A stretch of 64,000 bases of DNA, from contig RDEW01000011.1 of the NCBI GenBank assembly GCA_011109175.1, forward strand, positions 366,193 to 430,192, written 5' to 3'. Origin of the DNA: Dicyema japonicum (Eukaryota > Animalia > Dicyemida). The notes under the pieces are model-generated. The model was not told the DNA's origin and did not search any database. It was given only the letters and a program-made list of their open reading frames with translations. The position numbers and the translations under genes were made by a program. This document shows positions 22,746-36,800 of this stretch, piece after piece; within the stretch, counting starts at the first letter, position 1; each line of letters starts with the position of its first letter.

Positions 22746-25101
22746 TCAAAACTGAGAAGGTTTAGAAGCCATATCAGTAATAGCACTATTCCCTCCATCC
22801 ACAGCCTTACTCAGATTAAACACACAGTTATCCGTACTTTTATTCACAAATCCAAAATAACTGCGTCTTCTACGGGAAGGACCAACCACTTCCACACTCT
22901 CAGACATTTCCCTCACAAATGAATCGACCACTTTTGGCATATTCTCTGACAAAATAGGAAAACATGGAAGATTGTCACTCACACTAATAATACTCGTAAA
23001 CTCCGTGACGTAAATCTCGCTTCTCAGTTTCTTCCACAAATTCTTAAAAGCAAACACCTTTTTTACCGCCAATATACCATCAAAGAATCCCACCTACAAA
23101 TATCAACCAATCAAACTGTGTTTGGGAGGTACAACAGAGTCATTTTCATATTATATTCATCAATTACTGTGATAGTTTTATCATCATATGACACAACTAC
23201 AAACACTCCATCAAATTCCTCAGGAATGTCGGATTTGATAACCTCATTTATTAGAATCGGTCTTCTCTCCAGCGCTTCAGTATGACTGATCACTTCAATC
23301 CGTGTCCTTTGAGTAGACCTCAATTCCTTTCCCCAACAATCTCCTACTATAACTTCTCCAAACAATATCAACAGATCAGATCCTTCAACAATGGAATCAA
23401 CCACATCCAATCTAGCAACTAAGGAGTAAGAACACTAAGTACTAATCACTGCTGTGGTATCCCTCAGCAAAAGGACATGCTTATTATCCATGGCAGCCAC
23501 ACAATTTGAGTATTTTCGCACAACTTTCACACAAACACAACCGACTAATCCAGACTGCATACAATCAATAGTAATAAGGGGCGGTCTCTGATCAACTTGA
23601 AACCCCAATTTGATGACCTTCCCACAATACTTGGTCAAATTATACCTCAATTCGATTACCTTTAATTAATCAACATACAAGCAAACCTCACCAATACAGC
23701 AGCAACACAGAAACTTTGATCCAACCATAAAAGATCCCTTATCAACGTCATCAGACAACCACTTATCCATAAATGCCTCACATTTATTCCAACCATCACA
23801 GACAACAGCGGTATAACCCTAAAACTCAGAACAATAACAACATCATTGATTCGCTTTCCCACAGCACACAACACCAATCCTACAACCACCCAGTCACGTC
23901 CTATATAACACAGAGCTGACCTTCGCCCCTCAATCACTTCCCTTCCGTATCTGCAATGCAACTGAACCACAATATCCACCGCTAGGCGATCACATTGCTG
24001 CCCTCTTTGTTTTCTAAACCTCTCCTTTGCGATAATGTGATCAAAGTGACGTCTAACGAAAGAATCTCCAGTTTTCTCAAAATTCACACCAGACATGTTC
24101 AGAAAGGCACTAAAATCAGCAGAACAGCCATTACTGCTTAATTTCATTAAATCCGACCCGATTGTAGCAGTTTGGGTGGATTATAATGACTGGGGACTGT
24201 CCATCATAGCACACAATTTGCTTACTATTCGATGTGAGATAATAATCATCACAATTGTCGTAATAGTAAAATCCAGTCCACGTGTTCTAGAACTTCGACA
24301 AAATAAAACTGATTTCGCCAGATTCAAAGGAATGAAAGGAATATTTTGTGGTGATTTGCTTCCTTGCTTTGAATCCAACTGTGACTCGGCGTTTTCGCAC
24401 GTGTTATAATTAATTTCTCGTTCGGGGTCAAAATTATCCAACAACTGATCAGCAACGTCCGTCACGTCAACCAAATAGGAACTGTCATCCAACTCATCTT
24501 TCAGTAAGCTGCGAACAAGGTTCAAAGACTTTTCAGAAACACCGACTTTTCTCCCAGCGGCAGTCGAAAATCCAAACGAACCGGTAGCCACGTGACTCAT
24601 TTCCTCCAAAAAAGGACTGCTAAATTTGTCGGAAATAATATCATTAAAGTCTGGCGTCAAACATTGACTGTGATTTTGTGAATTTTGTTGACAAAGGGAA
24701 ACAATTTCTTGACTCTTTCGTTTACTAACAATAACAGGAGAAGTGTTGTAAGTTTTAGGGGTCATATGCTTATTGTTGGGAGTCCTTATTAAGGCAGAAA
24801 AACAAGAACGGAGTTTTGTTTTGAATCGCTTCTTTGACTTTAATTTTCTGTAAAAATTCAGAATGTGATGACATTTCATCCTGGGACGTATTTTAGGACT
24901 GAACTTGATAGATTTCATTGAATTTCCTACCAATATATCGTTTCTGTAATTATGAAGTGAAGACAGACAACACAAATAAACAGTTTGCTTGAATATAAAC
25001 AATTGTTCGTGTTTGTGAGGATTAGAGAATAGATTTAACATGATAAATGACACATTTGGAAGAATCTGAACAATTGATAGGAAATTAAATGGAAATGACA
25101 A
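22746..25101 (-). CDS. BRCA2: compact BRCA2 (one BRC repeat, helical domain, OB folds), multi-exon
   Basis: BRC repeat FSTAAGRKVGVSEKSLNLVRSLLKDE; helical-domain VVQLHCRYGREVIEGRRSAL...LVLC; OB1-type KLGFQVDQRPPL...GLVGCVCVKVVRKY matches BRCA2 KLGF...RPF...GNVGCVDV...R.Y. Exact exon ends not resolved. Confidence 0.85.
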
Positions 25102-25424
25102 AAGGACTCTGGGTATTTTTAAATCTATTTAATAGTTAATTGAAATTATATACGTTTTAAATAAAATTTCACACATTTTAGTTTTCTTTTTTTACTTTCA
25201 ACATAAGTTAAAGACAATGCATTCATTGCCCACAAGAAAAATTATTATATTTACCGCCAGATGTATTAAATTAATTTAAAAAATTATTTACACTAATTTA
25301 CTTAGGCAAAAACAGAATTTAAACTAAATAATAAAATTTTTCGTTTATCAATTGTACGGAGAGATACTGGCCGAATCCCTATGATTCAATTGGAAAGTGG
25401 ATCACGTAAAAATCGATTTTATTT

Positions 25425-25880
25425 GTCATTAATGTATATGCACCACATCTTCAATATATGAACTTGGTGAGTTTTATTCGAGTCTTTCTGAAATATATTC
25501 TCAACTCTATTCATTCAGACTAATTTTTGTCGCAGGAAACTGGAATTCCAAAGCAGGATTTGACGTAGTAGTGAAAACTCAATTGGAAACCACGTAAGAG
25601 GATATCATAGCTCATCTGGAAACTGCCTGTAGACTTCTGAAATGTCTATTATTTTTTGTGCAATGGGTCTTTCAGCACGCTGGTTTATGAAAATTGAAAA
25701 TTCATTTAAAAAAGCTCGGTTCACTTCTTGGAGATACTGAGGACATTTCTCGTAAAAAAATGCTTGTAGAATAAGTATTTGGACCCGTAGAAAGCACGTC
25801 TATCTGAATTTCATGATAAGGCAATTCAATGAGTTCATAAAACTGATCCTATTGCGTGCTCAATGTTTGCAGGCCATAAT
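25425..25880 (+). mobile_element. internally deleted RTE fragment
   Basis: INVYAP and G.WNSKAG (APE) directly joined to KWFMKI..KKLGSLLGDTEDISRK (post-RT), similar to 46290-49245. Confidence 0.65.
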
Positions 25881-26625
25881 GGAGAAATTGTCCTGAAATT
25901 ATTATTATCCCAGGATCACCTGGTTAAATGAAAAGAGAGAAAGTTCCTAACTAACTAAGATACCCTAGACCGGTACATGGGAGTTCTTATCCGACATGGG
26001 CGAGAATCCTGGATGGTTGAATAGACTTTCTAATTCCTCATAGAAACGTAGGAATCCTTGACCATTTTCAAGCTAACTTCTGAGGGAGAGAGCAAATATT
26101 CTCGTATTCGAAGGTTAGAGCAAATAGTTTGCTAATACTCACTGTAGGAGGAAAGGGGATCTTATTTATATTGATCATCACAATGTTCGACTTACTAAGC
26201 TAGTTTCCTCAGTATGGCTGGAGAACGTTATAATCGTTTCGAAAGTGACTCCAATAATCTTCCGACATCGCGTAGCAAATATTGGAACCAAGGAATTTCA
26301 AATTCACCCTTAAATCTCATGTTCGCAGTAAACAAGGTGAACAAAGATTTGAATGTTAGTTGAGTAGCAACCAGCCTCACTAAGTTGTAGGAGACCAACG
26401 GCTATTAGTAGAACGCAGCAAATGCCGGTCGCTCAACTGAGATTTGTGTGCAGATAGAGAACAAATTGGCAGATACACTAGGCAAGTGTGTGACCCGAAC
26501 ATTAATGACTATTATTCATTGAATAGTGTTTAAAATAATAAACGTTAAAAACAAAAATTTAGCAATAATATTACAGATATATCATATAAGTTACAAAGTA
26601 ACTTAAATTATTTCACAAAACGTTC

Positions 26626-29600
26626 TCAGTCAGACATATCCGAACTTAATTCCAAATCATTTTCCAACTGAGAATGATCCATCATAGTTTCGGTTTCCTT
26701 TTTTATAGTATCTTTCTCAGGCAATTTTGATTTATAATCAATTCCGATCTAAAATAACATACAATAACTTACATTCTCACTAATTGGTTTCATTATATCA
26801 AACGAATCCTTAATATTGGGCTGAGATAAATTCAATTGCTCAGAGTTCAACATATTAAATCGAAACAACCTTTGCCAAACTCTCATCGCACACAGTAGTC
26901 AGCTGTTTCGCAATAATCGATAATGGATGATCCTTTCCGTTGTAAATTATACAGTTCATGTAAATTTGATTGACGTCATCCACAAACTCATTCACATTCT
27001 TGTATTCAAACATTTTCACTTTCTGTAATATAACATTACTAGAACAACCTTAAGAATAGTTGACAAATCCATGGGACGAAGAATTATGCTGTAGTAGTCC
27101 AATACTTTTTTCTGTTAACGGGGACGTGAAATGGATATGACTGAACTAATAAACAGAGAATACCCCATTTACTGCCTTCATATTCTCAACTACCTTCTCG
27201 AGAATAAACGCAAAACCAACACGTTCATCCTCATGGAGTAATGGATTCACTGACTTTTCAAATTTTATAAGCTTTGCTTCTTTCTACGAATAATATTAAA
27301 ATAAACCATAGCTATGCGTTGGAAACAGTACTCAGCCATCTTTTTCGCTGCAAAAGTCAGTGCATGGTCACCCCCTAAAATAATAACGCAATCACAACCG
27401 TTATACTCCTCAGAGTTTTTAACAATTTGTGAAAAGTCGACAAGGAACTGTTCCCTCGACTGATAAGTTTTCGCCCTTACGTTCTAAAATAACAAAATCA
27501 AGCCTACCTCTCTTAATGTTTGCAAGTCCATTGGTTTTTTGATTACAAAGTGATAATCAGGGACATCCTTAGCCAACACAGGAGTATGAAATGGATAGGA
27601 CTATAAATGTAGCAAAGACAGTACGCAAGGTAGGTCCCTTATCTCTTTTAATATTCCCTCGAATATTATACTCATTGCTAGCAAAGGATCTCGAGAGCAT
27701 CTTTGAGTACGCTTTGGTCTCTGCAAGTCGATACAAAATAATACGCTGTAAATATCTGTCGAGTCAAGTTTCCTCTTTGAAGAAGACAGTGATCCAGCAA
27801 AAGTCACCTTCTTGGCTTTATTCTTGGCAGCTTTACTCTTACTAGCGCTGTCCCTATAATCAAAATACTATATTACTTGTGACTCTCTACAATGGAATTA
27901 GGAATAGCAATCCTAGTTCCCTCCACTCTAATCAGTTCTTTTGCATCAGACATGGGTTCGTTTGGAGTTTTATTAAAATTAGTGTTAATGACTGACTTAA
28001 TAGCATCCTCGCTGTATAAAGGACATTCTTTATTTGTCCTCATATGACCAACTTGACCACAAGCACCACATCGTGTCTGAATGTACAAAATCAGCAACCT
28101 TTATTTGACTGATCTTTGTCTTGTAGCTTTTATCATTATTTACTTCAACAATATCTTTATGGTTGACCCTTTTGTGAATCCGTCTCAGCTGTTCTTGTAG
28201 CCTTCTCCTGACTCTGCGCAGTTTGTTCCTCCTTTCCTCTTCAATTCCGACATATTTGACACTATCAATAACAATTAGAATAACATTTCCTCGTGACTCT
28301 TAGACTTGCGTATGCGTACATAATACTCAATAACTTTAGGTTGCCTCACAATTTCCTCTTGCGAGTGCACAACTCCGTTTTCATCCTGGAATTTCCGTGT
28401 TATCTTAAGAACACTTCCCCTGTTCTACTATTAATATAAATTTTACTATTAGTTCATGCAGTTGATCCACATAGGATTTACCATCAGCAATTGGGGCGTT
28501 TGTCATTACTATTTTTTCTAATTCCTTCTTCTCCTTCTCCTCTCGTTTCTTCTTCAGTTCTTTCAAGTTCTTTGCAGCATTCTTGTTTTTCTTGTTTATT
28601 AGGAAATCCAAGTTCTTGTCAATCTCGGCCACCTCGGAGTCGTCACCATCAGAACTAGAATCATTGTCGGTCAAAATGACTTCATCTGACGCCAAAAGTC
28701 TAAAATGAGGTTGAATAGTAAAACCTATTCTGCAAATCAAATATACGCTGACACTCTCCCTCATATCGTTCATTGGTGTCCACACGTGATAAACGGGAAG
28801 ATCTCGCAAATTTAGAAAAGGCTAAATTGATAAGACGGTAGAACCATCAGTCTCTCCAGATTTTACATTTTGTGTGGAAAGCGACCTAACAAGGTCAATA
28901 ATCTTCCATCTTTTCATTTCTTTTATCTCTTTTTCTGACACTCCAAATTTTGAGAGAACAGATCTTGCATCCCTCAAATAAAGTCTTCGTAGGTCAGCAT
29001 CAGTCCCCGTTACTCCTTTCTTTGACATTTGATTATCATCCTATTATTAAACACGATGGGGGTAACTCGAACTGAAGAAAACTTAAAAGGAACTCGTGCA
29101 TACGAAAAAGCTTCCCCACAGCCAGTAGGGTCTGCAAATCCTGTCAGCTGAAGGAGGCACTTATTACGTGTAGCATCCAGAAAGGCGGATGTTGTATTCC
29201 ACGGAGCAGTTTTAATCTTAAAATCAAAGAATCTCAGACTTCGTCATCCATTTTGTCGTCGTTCTTAGTATTAACATCGTCCAATATAAACAGTGACTTT
29301 TCACCATAGCCAGCGTCCTTCAGTCTTTGATCAGCGCATAACATTGAGTATTGTGCACAACATCGCTCAGGTGTGACCATTGTTCTAATTTCTTCTTCTG
29401 TCGGTATTCGAAACTCATTTCTAAGAACCCACCAATTAGAATCCCTTCCTAAAAATAATTCCTCACATAAGACCGGTCCGTCTAAAAATTGCGCACGGTT
29501 TAAGACGCTTGCGTATACTCCCTTCTGCATAACTTGGGAATGCCCGCCTAATTTCTTCCATTTTTATTCTTCTAGGAATGTCATTGCTTTTCCAAACAGT

Positions 29601-31774
29601 CGATAGATGAATACTTGCAGAAACTCTCTAATAAAACTTCCAGCTTTCTTCGAAGTTGGATTTGGAACTTCTATTAGTGGAAGTTGTTGACCGATTGCAA
29701 AAAGGGCTGACGCCTCCCTTATATAATATCTAAGTATAATGTAACTAATATACCAGTACGGAGCCTAACTACAAGGAAGTCAGTTTTGGGAGTTTCATGC
29801 TCGTATATTGGAGCCCTGAACATTGTCGATTCAATGGCTTGAATAGACTGACCAGGTGAGAGCAATCCAAGAAACGGAGATTTATATGAATAGGCCAACT
29901 CTCCAAACTTAAACGAGGGAACAAATGTGTCCCCACTTGTTCTCTACCAATATTGGTTAGCAATACAGGTTTATAATAATTCTTAATTCCACATGCCATC
30001 CCAGTCTGAGGCACCAGAAGAGGATGTTCTTCACTATATTCAGCCAATATAATTGTCCCATCAGTAGCAGAGAGATCCTGCATAGTTCGCATCATAAACA
30101 CATCCTTCTCTCCCTCTTTCTTATTCTGCAATATTTACATAAAATACCTTCATCCTCATTTGAATCCTTCTGGTAAGTGGTATTATTGGGTGAGGCCCTG
30201 GAGTTGAAAGAAGTCCAGTAAAGTATTTCTTTAGAGGGACTCTATAAAATGTTCTGAGAATTGACGGCGTGAAATGAGTAAAAAAGAATGGTTGTTGCAG
30301 CATCATTGCAGGAGTAGAATGCTTGATTTAGTCATAAAGTTACCAAAATAGTCTCCTCTGAAACCAACTTAAACCCACTCTCAGCAGTTATGGACGGATT
30401 ATATGCCTCGTCAATTGAATTTAGCATCGCATATTCAGTTCGTTCATCTTCATCCTTTTTATCTTTGTCCTTATTAATGTCCTGAATAAATAGCTAAGAA
30501 ATACTTTATTTCTCTCGTCAGTTTCATTAAATATATTAAAGGTAACATCAACGTCGTTCATATCGATTATGGGAAGTCTGGGTTTGGGAATTTCGGGTAC
30601 ATTCTGAGCTTGTTATAACAAAATACGTTTGTGTCCCATATTATTTCGTCCTCCCAGGGAGAAAAAATAAGGTCATAGTTCTCTGTGGGAAATATCATCA
30701 TTCGACAGATTTTTCCTTGAGTAGCTATATGTAATCCTAAAGCAAACCAGGCTTCACGTGAACAGGGACCGAATTACTTCTTATTTCAGTAGCAGTCCAC
30801 CCACAGTAACGTTTGCCACATGGTGGTGTCACATCCCTTTTTGAGTCGTTAATATCCCACACAATGTTGGTTTCCCAACTCTTCTGAGTAAGCATCAAAT
30901 AGCTGTGCTCGTTAAATGGTAGAGATTCAAATTTTTTTACATCCAAGGTCGGTCGGTGAGAATTCTGAGTGACTTAAAACATTACCTTGGTTAATTTTAG
31001 TCCATATGTAAGATTTGAACAGTTAGCATTCACTCCCAACTTATCATACCAGTCACAACACATTCCATAACGAGTTTGATTTTGCCCTGCATTGTCTCCA
31101 GTCTTCACTTTTTCTTCTAAAGGTTTCAACATTGTTTTGGGTATCTTTAGCCGGTCTAGCCCATCCTCCACACACTCCCAAGGAAGAGGGTTACGCAAGC
31201 GACAACCCCGACTATCAATTTCTGTCAGTTATAATAATGAAATACTGAGACTCTCCAATGGTCTATAATCATAGTCAAAAAATTTGGTAGAATTTAATGT
31301 TGAGAACATTATGGGGGCCATAAACTTAAATTGGGGAAATATTTTGTTGATATGAACTCCTTTGAGTGCATTGGGCATCAGCATAGCCAAAGGATTGTAT
31401 GGAGTGGCAGAAACAGACTGAAAGTCGGAATAGGGAATATTAATGAATCGAGGTTGGGACACCAATTGATAGGAAGATTCATAATTATCATCACAAACTT
31501 CATCAATGTCGAAAAAATCAACAGCATCGTCACTTTTAAGCAATAAGTGATCTTACATTAGATTAGGAACAAACCTGGTGGTTCATCGCTTTCGCCAGTT
31601 TTCGGCAGGTAGTCAATGTTAAAGACATTCTTAAGGAGGAAATTAACATTGTTATCATTCTTTAATTAGGAGATTATTTAATACTAAATTTGTTTTTTCT
31701 ATTAATTCTTGGTGAGACTCTGTATCATCTGTATTTCCCAACATGAAAGATAGAAGATCGAAGTCATCACACAT
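26626..31774 (-). CDS. TAF1: TFIID subunit 1 with zinc knuckle and tandem bromodomains, many micro-introns
   Basis: Start [14 protein letters not shown]; [10 protein letters not shown]; [18 protein letters not shown]; SPFLG...FRAPIY.H; [21 protein letters not shown]...[10 protein letters not shown]; GTDADLRRL; [20 protein letters not shown]; two bromodomains at about 26850-27800; stop at 26626-26628. Confidence 0.95.
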
Positions 31775-32884
31775 CACGGAAAAATACGGATTGGATGTAG
31801 TTACAATATATTAAATTTTTAAATAAAATTTATTTATTTTTTAAATAAATTTATAAACCCTAAGATTCAATATATTCTTAATACTTCGATTTGATTATTA
31901 AAAAAGATGTGATTAACATTCTTGAGTCGCTGCTGCTACAAAGACAACAAAAGCACTTGCTTATTAGCTAATTTCTCTTAGATAAGTGAATTACAAAATT
32001 TTTGAACTAAATGATTTGTTCGAGCTTCGATTGGCCCAAAAATTTGAGGACGCTGAACAGTAATTGTCTGCTTCTGCCGAAACAAGAAAGTTTCCGTTAG
32101 ATTATTAATATATCCTCGAATGTGTAGCAAAAAACACAATTCTGAGTTCTAGACATTTCCTCAATTGTCAATCAATCTAAAAACGAGATAAGTTCCTCAT
32201 GTACTTTTAGAAACCTTTGAAACTAAGACTATTTTTAACTGAATTCCGGTAAATTCAAATTGAATTTCACTAGAAAAGTATGCTTATACTTTGGATTTAG
32301 ACATATTTTTCTTGAACCACCATAATATAAAATTTTAAATATACTTTGACTCATTTTCTTAGAATTACTTGATCCTAAAAATAGTGTCTAATGAGAACAT
32401 TACGATATTTTGGCAAATTCTTGATTATTTTATTCCTTGACAGACGAATGCCGTCCCAGCTTACTCAGATGAAACTTTTGATGTTCTCGGATTTAGGAAA
32501 CTGCATTTTGTTGATAAAGTTGGAACTTACCAAGAAGTGACGAGATAATAACTTTTCTATTTATTAGAATAATAGTTTTTTGGTAGTAAAATTAAGTAAA
32601 TTAAATTTTTATTATTCTTGGTGCCTTAAAAATAATCATTCACTTGATCTATGTAATTCTGAGTTGAACTTTTTAGATTCTTCATTAATCAGGTTAAATC
32701 GTCTATCAGCCATATGGCCATTGAGCTAATGATGTGTCTCTGGTAAACTATACCATGGCTATAATAAAATTACTATCTTTTCTTCTCAAATTAGATGTAG
32801 CCTTTCGTATTTTTTCTTACAGGATCTATGAGACATCGAAAATCCTATATTTTGAAATACTAAATAATCGGATGCGCCAACGTC

Positions 32885-32970
32885 AGGATTATAATAATAA
32901 TAATAACACCAGAGACCACGGTTACATAAACTAACTAATCACGTGATCCCAGCACGCACTAGCAGGATTA
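32885..32970 (-). mobile_element. short retroposon 3' tail (TCACGTGATTAGTTAG...AACCGTGGTCT..GGTGTT + (TAT)n)
   Basis: Matches 54385-54450 on the + strand and, more weakly, about 10330-10375. Confidence 0.5.
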
Positions 32971-33234
32971 AAATTCCGTCTGATCTAAATAAAAATAACT
33001 TGATACTCTATCTTGAGGAAGAACAAGAAAATTATTAATTATTCTCATTGTTTATAATAATAATATCGAATATTACGTATTATAAATGCTGTAATAATAG
33101 ATTTTGAAAACATCATCACAATTTATTATTTGAGCAACTCAAAATTTAATGTGAATCAAATTTTACCAATCCAAGACATCATTGTCTTTGTCGGTGTGAA
33201 ATCACTTAAATGGAACATTTTTTCAATAAATAAA

Positions 33235-33665
33235 TTGTTAGGCGAGCTTTGGACGCCACAGGACATCCCTCTATGCTCGAACTAGCCGGTCTTTGCAGGC
33301 GTGAGGGTAAACAACCAGATGGGATGACCATTTTCCCTTTTGAAGCCGGGAAACCTCACGTCTGGGATGTCATTTACACATTAGCCCTTTGCAAACTACA
33401 CCAAAGTGCCTCCGGAGCATGTTCTGCCACTGAGAAGACCGAGAGATCAAAACAGGCAAAGTACGCTGTCCTACCCGGGGATTTTTTGTTTGTTCCACTC
33501 GCTGTTGAAACGTCTGGTTCCCTTGCACCCGCGACGCTAGAACTCTTGTGTCGTCAAGGAATCGGATTTCTACACCATCGGAAGATCCCCGTGAGCGCTG
33601 CTGGCTATTTGAGCGAATCTCTCTCGCCATCCTGAGAGGAAATTTCCACGCAGCTTGAGCGACCG
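33235..33665 (+). mobile_element. CRE-clade 3' fragment
   Basis: ALDATGHPSMLELAGLCRREGKQPDGMTIFPFEAGKP.VWDV...FVPLAVETSGSLAP, similar to 18730-19180. Confidence 0.9.
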
Positions 33666-33834
33666 CTAGATGACCTTTTGTTTATTTTATTTGTTTTTAT
33701 AAAAATTTAAAAGTCACAAAAAATTAAATAAAACAATTAATATGTATAAATAAATATGTATAGTTCATTGAATCACAGACGTTCTGAAATCATCATAATA
33801 TCCGGTTCATTAAAAACAACGGCTCCGGTTTCAT

Positions 33835-33912
33835 CGGTCTGTGAATCACTTAATTAGTTGGTTTACTTCTTCTTTCTTGGTGTTCCCTTCTCGGGGTTAT
33901 TAAATAAATAAA
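33835..33912 (+). mobile_element. isolated CR1-family tail
   Basis: ATCACTTAATTAGTTGGTTTAC..TTCTTTCTTGGTG..CGGGGTTATTAAATAAATAAA. Confidence 0.6.
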
Positions 33913-34094
33913 TCACAATATGCAGCTTGAACAAAACTTGCCAACTCCGTTCAATCCAGTATGACCAAAACTATCTCTCAAATTACAGGACTAGCGATCA
34001 GGACTACCCCATTTTGAGGTTCTTGTGAGGAGGTCAGGAGGCATATTCTCACAAAATGGAAAACCGCTAGGAAAACGGTGTTATTATGGTTCTA

Positions 34095-34216
34095 GGTAAA
34101 TTCATCGCCGGTAAATTCATCGCCGGTAATTTCATCGCCGGTAAATTCATCGCTGGTAAATTCATCGCTGGTAAATTCATCGCTGGTAAATTCATCGCGA
34201 GGTAAATTCATCGCCG
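34095..34216 (+). repeat. left TIR array, about 8 x 15 bp (GGTAAATTCATCGCC)
   Basis: Direct reading of the tandem units. Confidence 0.95.
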
Positions 34217-34561
34217 GTTAATTCAAGCGACCACGTGGGTTCTTAAAAAAGAGGTCGAAATTTTGATTTTTTATATTATCATTAAAATGTAATTTTGGAG
34301 ATTAATTTGACGATATGAGTCACGTGGCCAGATCCCCAAGATAGAAGAAATTTGAAAACCTCAATTCTCCAAATAGTGTTAAATTTACTCAACGATGTGC
34401 ACCACACGTGTGTGTATTGGTTAAAGTGATAGAAAAATTATTGATTATCTTACTGATTATTGATTAATAACAAAGGTCAAACTTTAAGTGAATATTTATG
34501 ATAATATAATTTTTAGAAAACAAGTTTATGACAATTATTAACAAAAACATTGTGTTAATTT

Positions 34562-35960
34562 CTAAAATGCTAAATTATAGGCAATGCCTTTTAAATAGTC
34601 AAGAATTTCGCGATTATCGAAGTCATTTACAATGCGTTGAATTCTTAAAGCATTATCTCTGTATTTTTTCTTTTGTGTAGGACCTTCCCCACCAGCAATA
34701 TACTGTTCAATTTTAATTTCATTTCTTGCTTGTTCTTTCTTCAAAACATCAATAAACTTCCAAATCGTAGGATGACACGCTCCAATTAAAGAATTAAAAG
34801 AATGATGCCATCCTTCGCAAGAGTTATTCGTTTTAGGCCCAGCAACTCTCGCTGCTTCAAAACAATTCCACAATTCATGGGCAAAACGTGGACAACGACG
34901 TACTTGACGGCGGTCGGGACGTCCTATCCAAATATCTTCTACATAATCCAGTACAGGTTGAGCTTCTTCTGGGAAACTGTTGTAATCACACAAATGTTCA
35001 AAATAATGAACAACGTGTAATGTTGGGACAAATGCCAGCGCCGCAATCATGCGCATTTTCAGAGCGAATTCTGAATCTCTTTGATATAATAATTAATCCT
35101 GTGATTGGATGCATCTAAATATGGATTGGGACAAATGAAAGAAACAGCCCTTCGTAATAGCATCAGGAAATATAATATTAAATCCATTTATAGCTGCTTT
35201 TTCGAAATCAGTCATAATTGTCCTTGGTGATAACGATGGCTCCAATGATTTTAATTCCGAAAAAAACTTTTTTATAGCTTTCTTCCGTTCTTTTACACAT
35301 TAAAATGTATATAAGTGGTAAAACATCATTATTTACTAGTCCATGAATCGTATATAATTGATTAAACAAATATGGGACTGTCTTAAAAGTACCATCCGCA
35401 TACCAAAAGTTTGTAGTGGAAAGCAAATTTAGATTTTTTCTCGTTGTAAAAATTATTGTTCTGTTAACACTGTCTTCACTATCAAACAATAGAAAAGGTT
35501 CATTGGCATAAGAGTATCTGTATTCTGGAGGTATTCTTAACTGGTCTATGTTAAGTGGATTAGGAGGAGCTTGATCTTTTGTATTTCTTGAATTTCTAAT
35601 GTTTCTTTTAATTAAAGAAGCTATGGGTAGTCGGGCAGACACCTCTAGTGGCAAACCCACACACACTTCAGTCGTAATAATATGTGGATTATCTTGTGAT
35701 GCAAGAGCTCTTCTTTTTATTTCTTGAGTAATTCTCTTTGATTCGACATATGCAGCATCACCAGCATGATTGTGTTCGTTGACTCTTTTAATAATGATGT
35801 CTCCCTTGGTGTGTACTCTCGCTTTACATTTAATTTTGTAGTAGGATTCACATTTCCATAATGACTTCGCCATTAAATTTTTCAAAACAGTAAATGTATC
35901 CATCTTCAAAAAGTTTTCTCTTATTTCTATCACTCATTACAAATTGCAAAGCCATGCTGT
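34562..35960 (-). pseudogene. MULE transposase with FLYWCH domain, frame-disrupted
   Basis: GYIY...WKC......CKARVHT (FLYWCH), WYADGTFK, LYTIHG, IMTDFE, GCFFH, TNNSCEGWH. Catalytic D-D-E retained; at least two frame disruptions. Confidence 0.85.
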
Positions 35961-36239
35961 CAAGATATAAGAAATTAGCGAAAAAATATCACTTTATAGT
36001 AATCAATTATGATAATGACGATAAAGTACAAAAGAATTCAAGGGCATTATCACCACATTACAAAAGAATTCAAGGACATTATCACAGATTATAAGCTACT
36101 TTATCAGTTAAAAGAAACACAATTACATGCAACCATTACTCTTGTGTTTAAGATAGAGATGAATACTATCCTCAGCACTAAAGAAAACTGGCAATTTTAT
36201 GTTTCAATCGTCGTATATAGATGAATACTGACAGAGTTA

Positions 36240-36480
36240 TTTATTTTATTATTTGTAAGCCACAGGCGTACAATCTTTGGTAAGCCTAGCAAAAACAGTC
36301 ATTGGTAATTAATCCAAGGAGGGAACGCAAAAGAGAACGTCTGCTTGTGACAACTAAATTGATCCCGCCAATAATACATGGCAGGCATACGTCAACTTCT
36401 GAAGAGAGGTGAAAAAATAGGTCCTCTCTCTTCAGTTTTCATAGGTCCTACCGTCACGGATACATGATTCCTATCGCCGA
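36240..36480 (-). mobile_element. LINE 3' fragment inside the MULE
   Basis: TAATCCAAGGA.GGAAC..AA.GAGAAC.TCTGCTTGTG...GAAGAGAGGTG...TAGGTCC...CCTACCGTC.CGGA shared with 36801-37010. Confidence 0.65.
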
Positions 36481-36577
36481 ATAATCTCCAAAATCGCAAT
36501 TTAACTATAATATAAAAAATCAAAATTTCGACCTCTTCTATCTAGACACCAGCCACGTGGTTCTTTGATTCAACTGG

Positions 36578-36785
36578 GATGAATTTACCAGCGATGAATT
36601 TACCGGCGATGAATTTACCGGCGATGAAATTACCTAGCGATGAATTTACCGGCGATGAATTTACCGGCGATGAATTTACCTCGCGATGAAATTACCGGCG
36701 ATGAATTTACGGCGATGAATTTACCGGCGATGAATTTACCGGCGATGAATTTACCGGCGATGAAATTACCGGCGATGAATTTACC
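36578..36785 (-). repeat. right TIR array, about 14 x 15 bp (reverse complement of the left unit)
   Basis: Tandem GGCGATGAATTTACC units. Confidence 0.95.
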
Positions 36786-36800
36786 GGTTACCGTTATTAT

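Larger units (their letters stand above)
34088..36792 (-). mobile_element. Mutator-superfamily (Phantom-like FLYWCH+MULE) DNA transposon with long tandem-repeat TIRs
   Basis: 8-bp TSD GTTATTAT (34080-34087 / 36793-36800). Termini GGTTCTAGGTAAATTC and (reverse complement) GGTAACCGGTAAATTC. The inverted repeat continues about 110 bp inward (GAGGTCGAAATTTTGATTTTTTATATTAT). Internal transposase present. Confidence 0.93.

Noticed and set aside
19560-31774. Non-standard nuclear genetic code to explain in-frame stops in conserved genes
   Set aside because: The stops examined fall inside short GT-AG introns; splicing restores the frames under the standard code.
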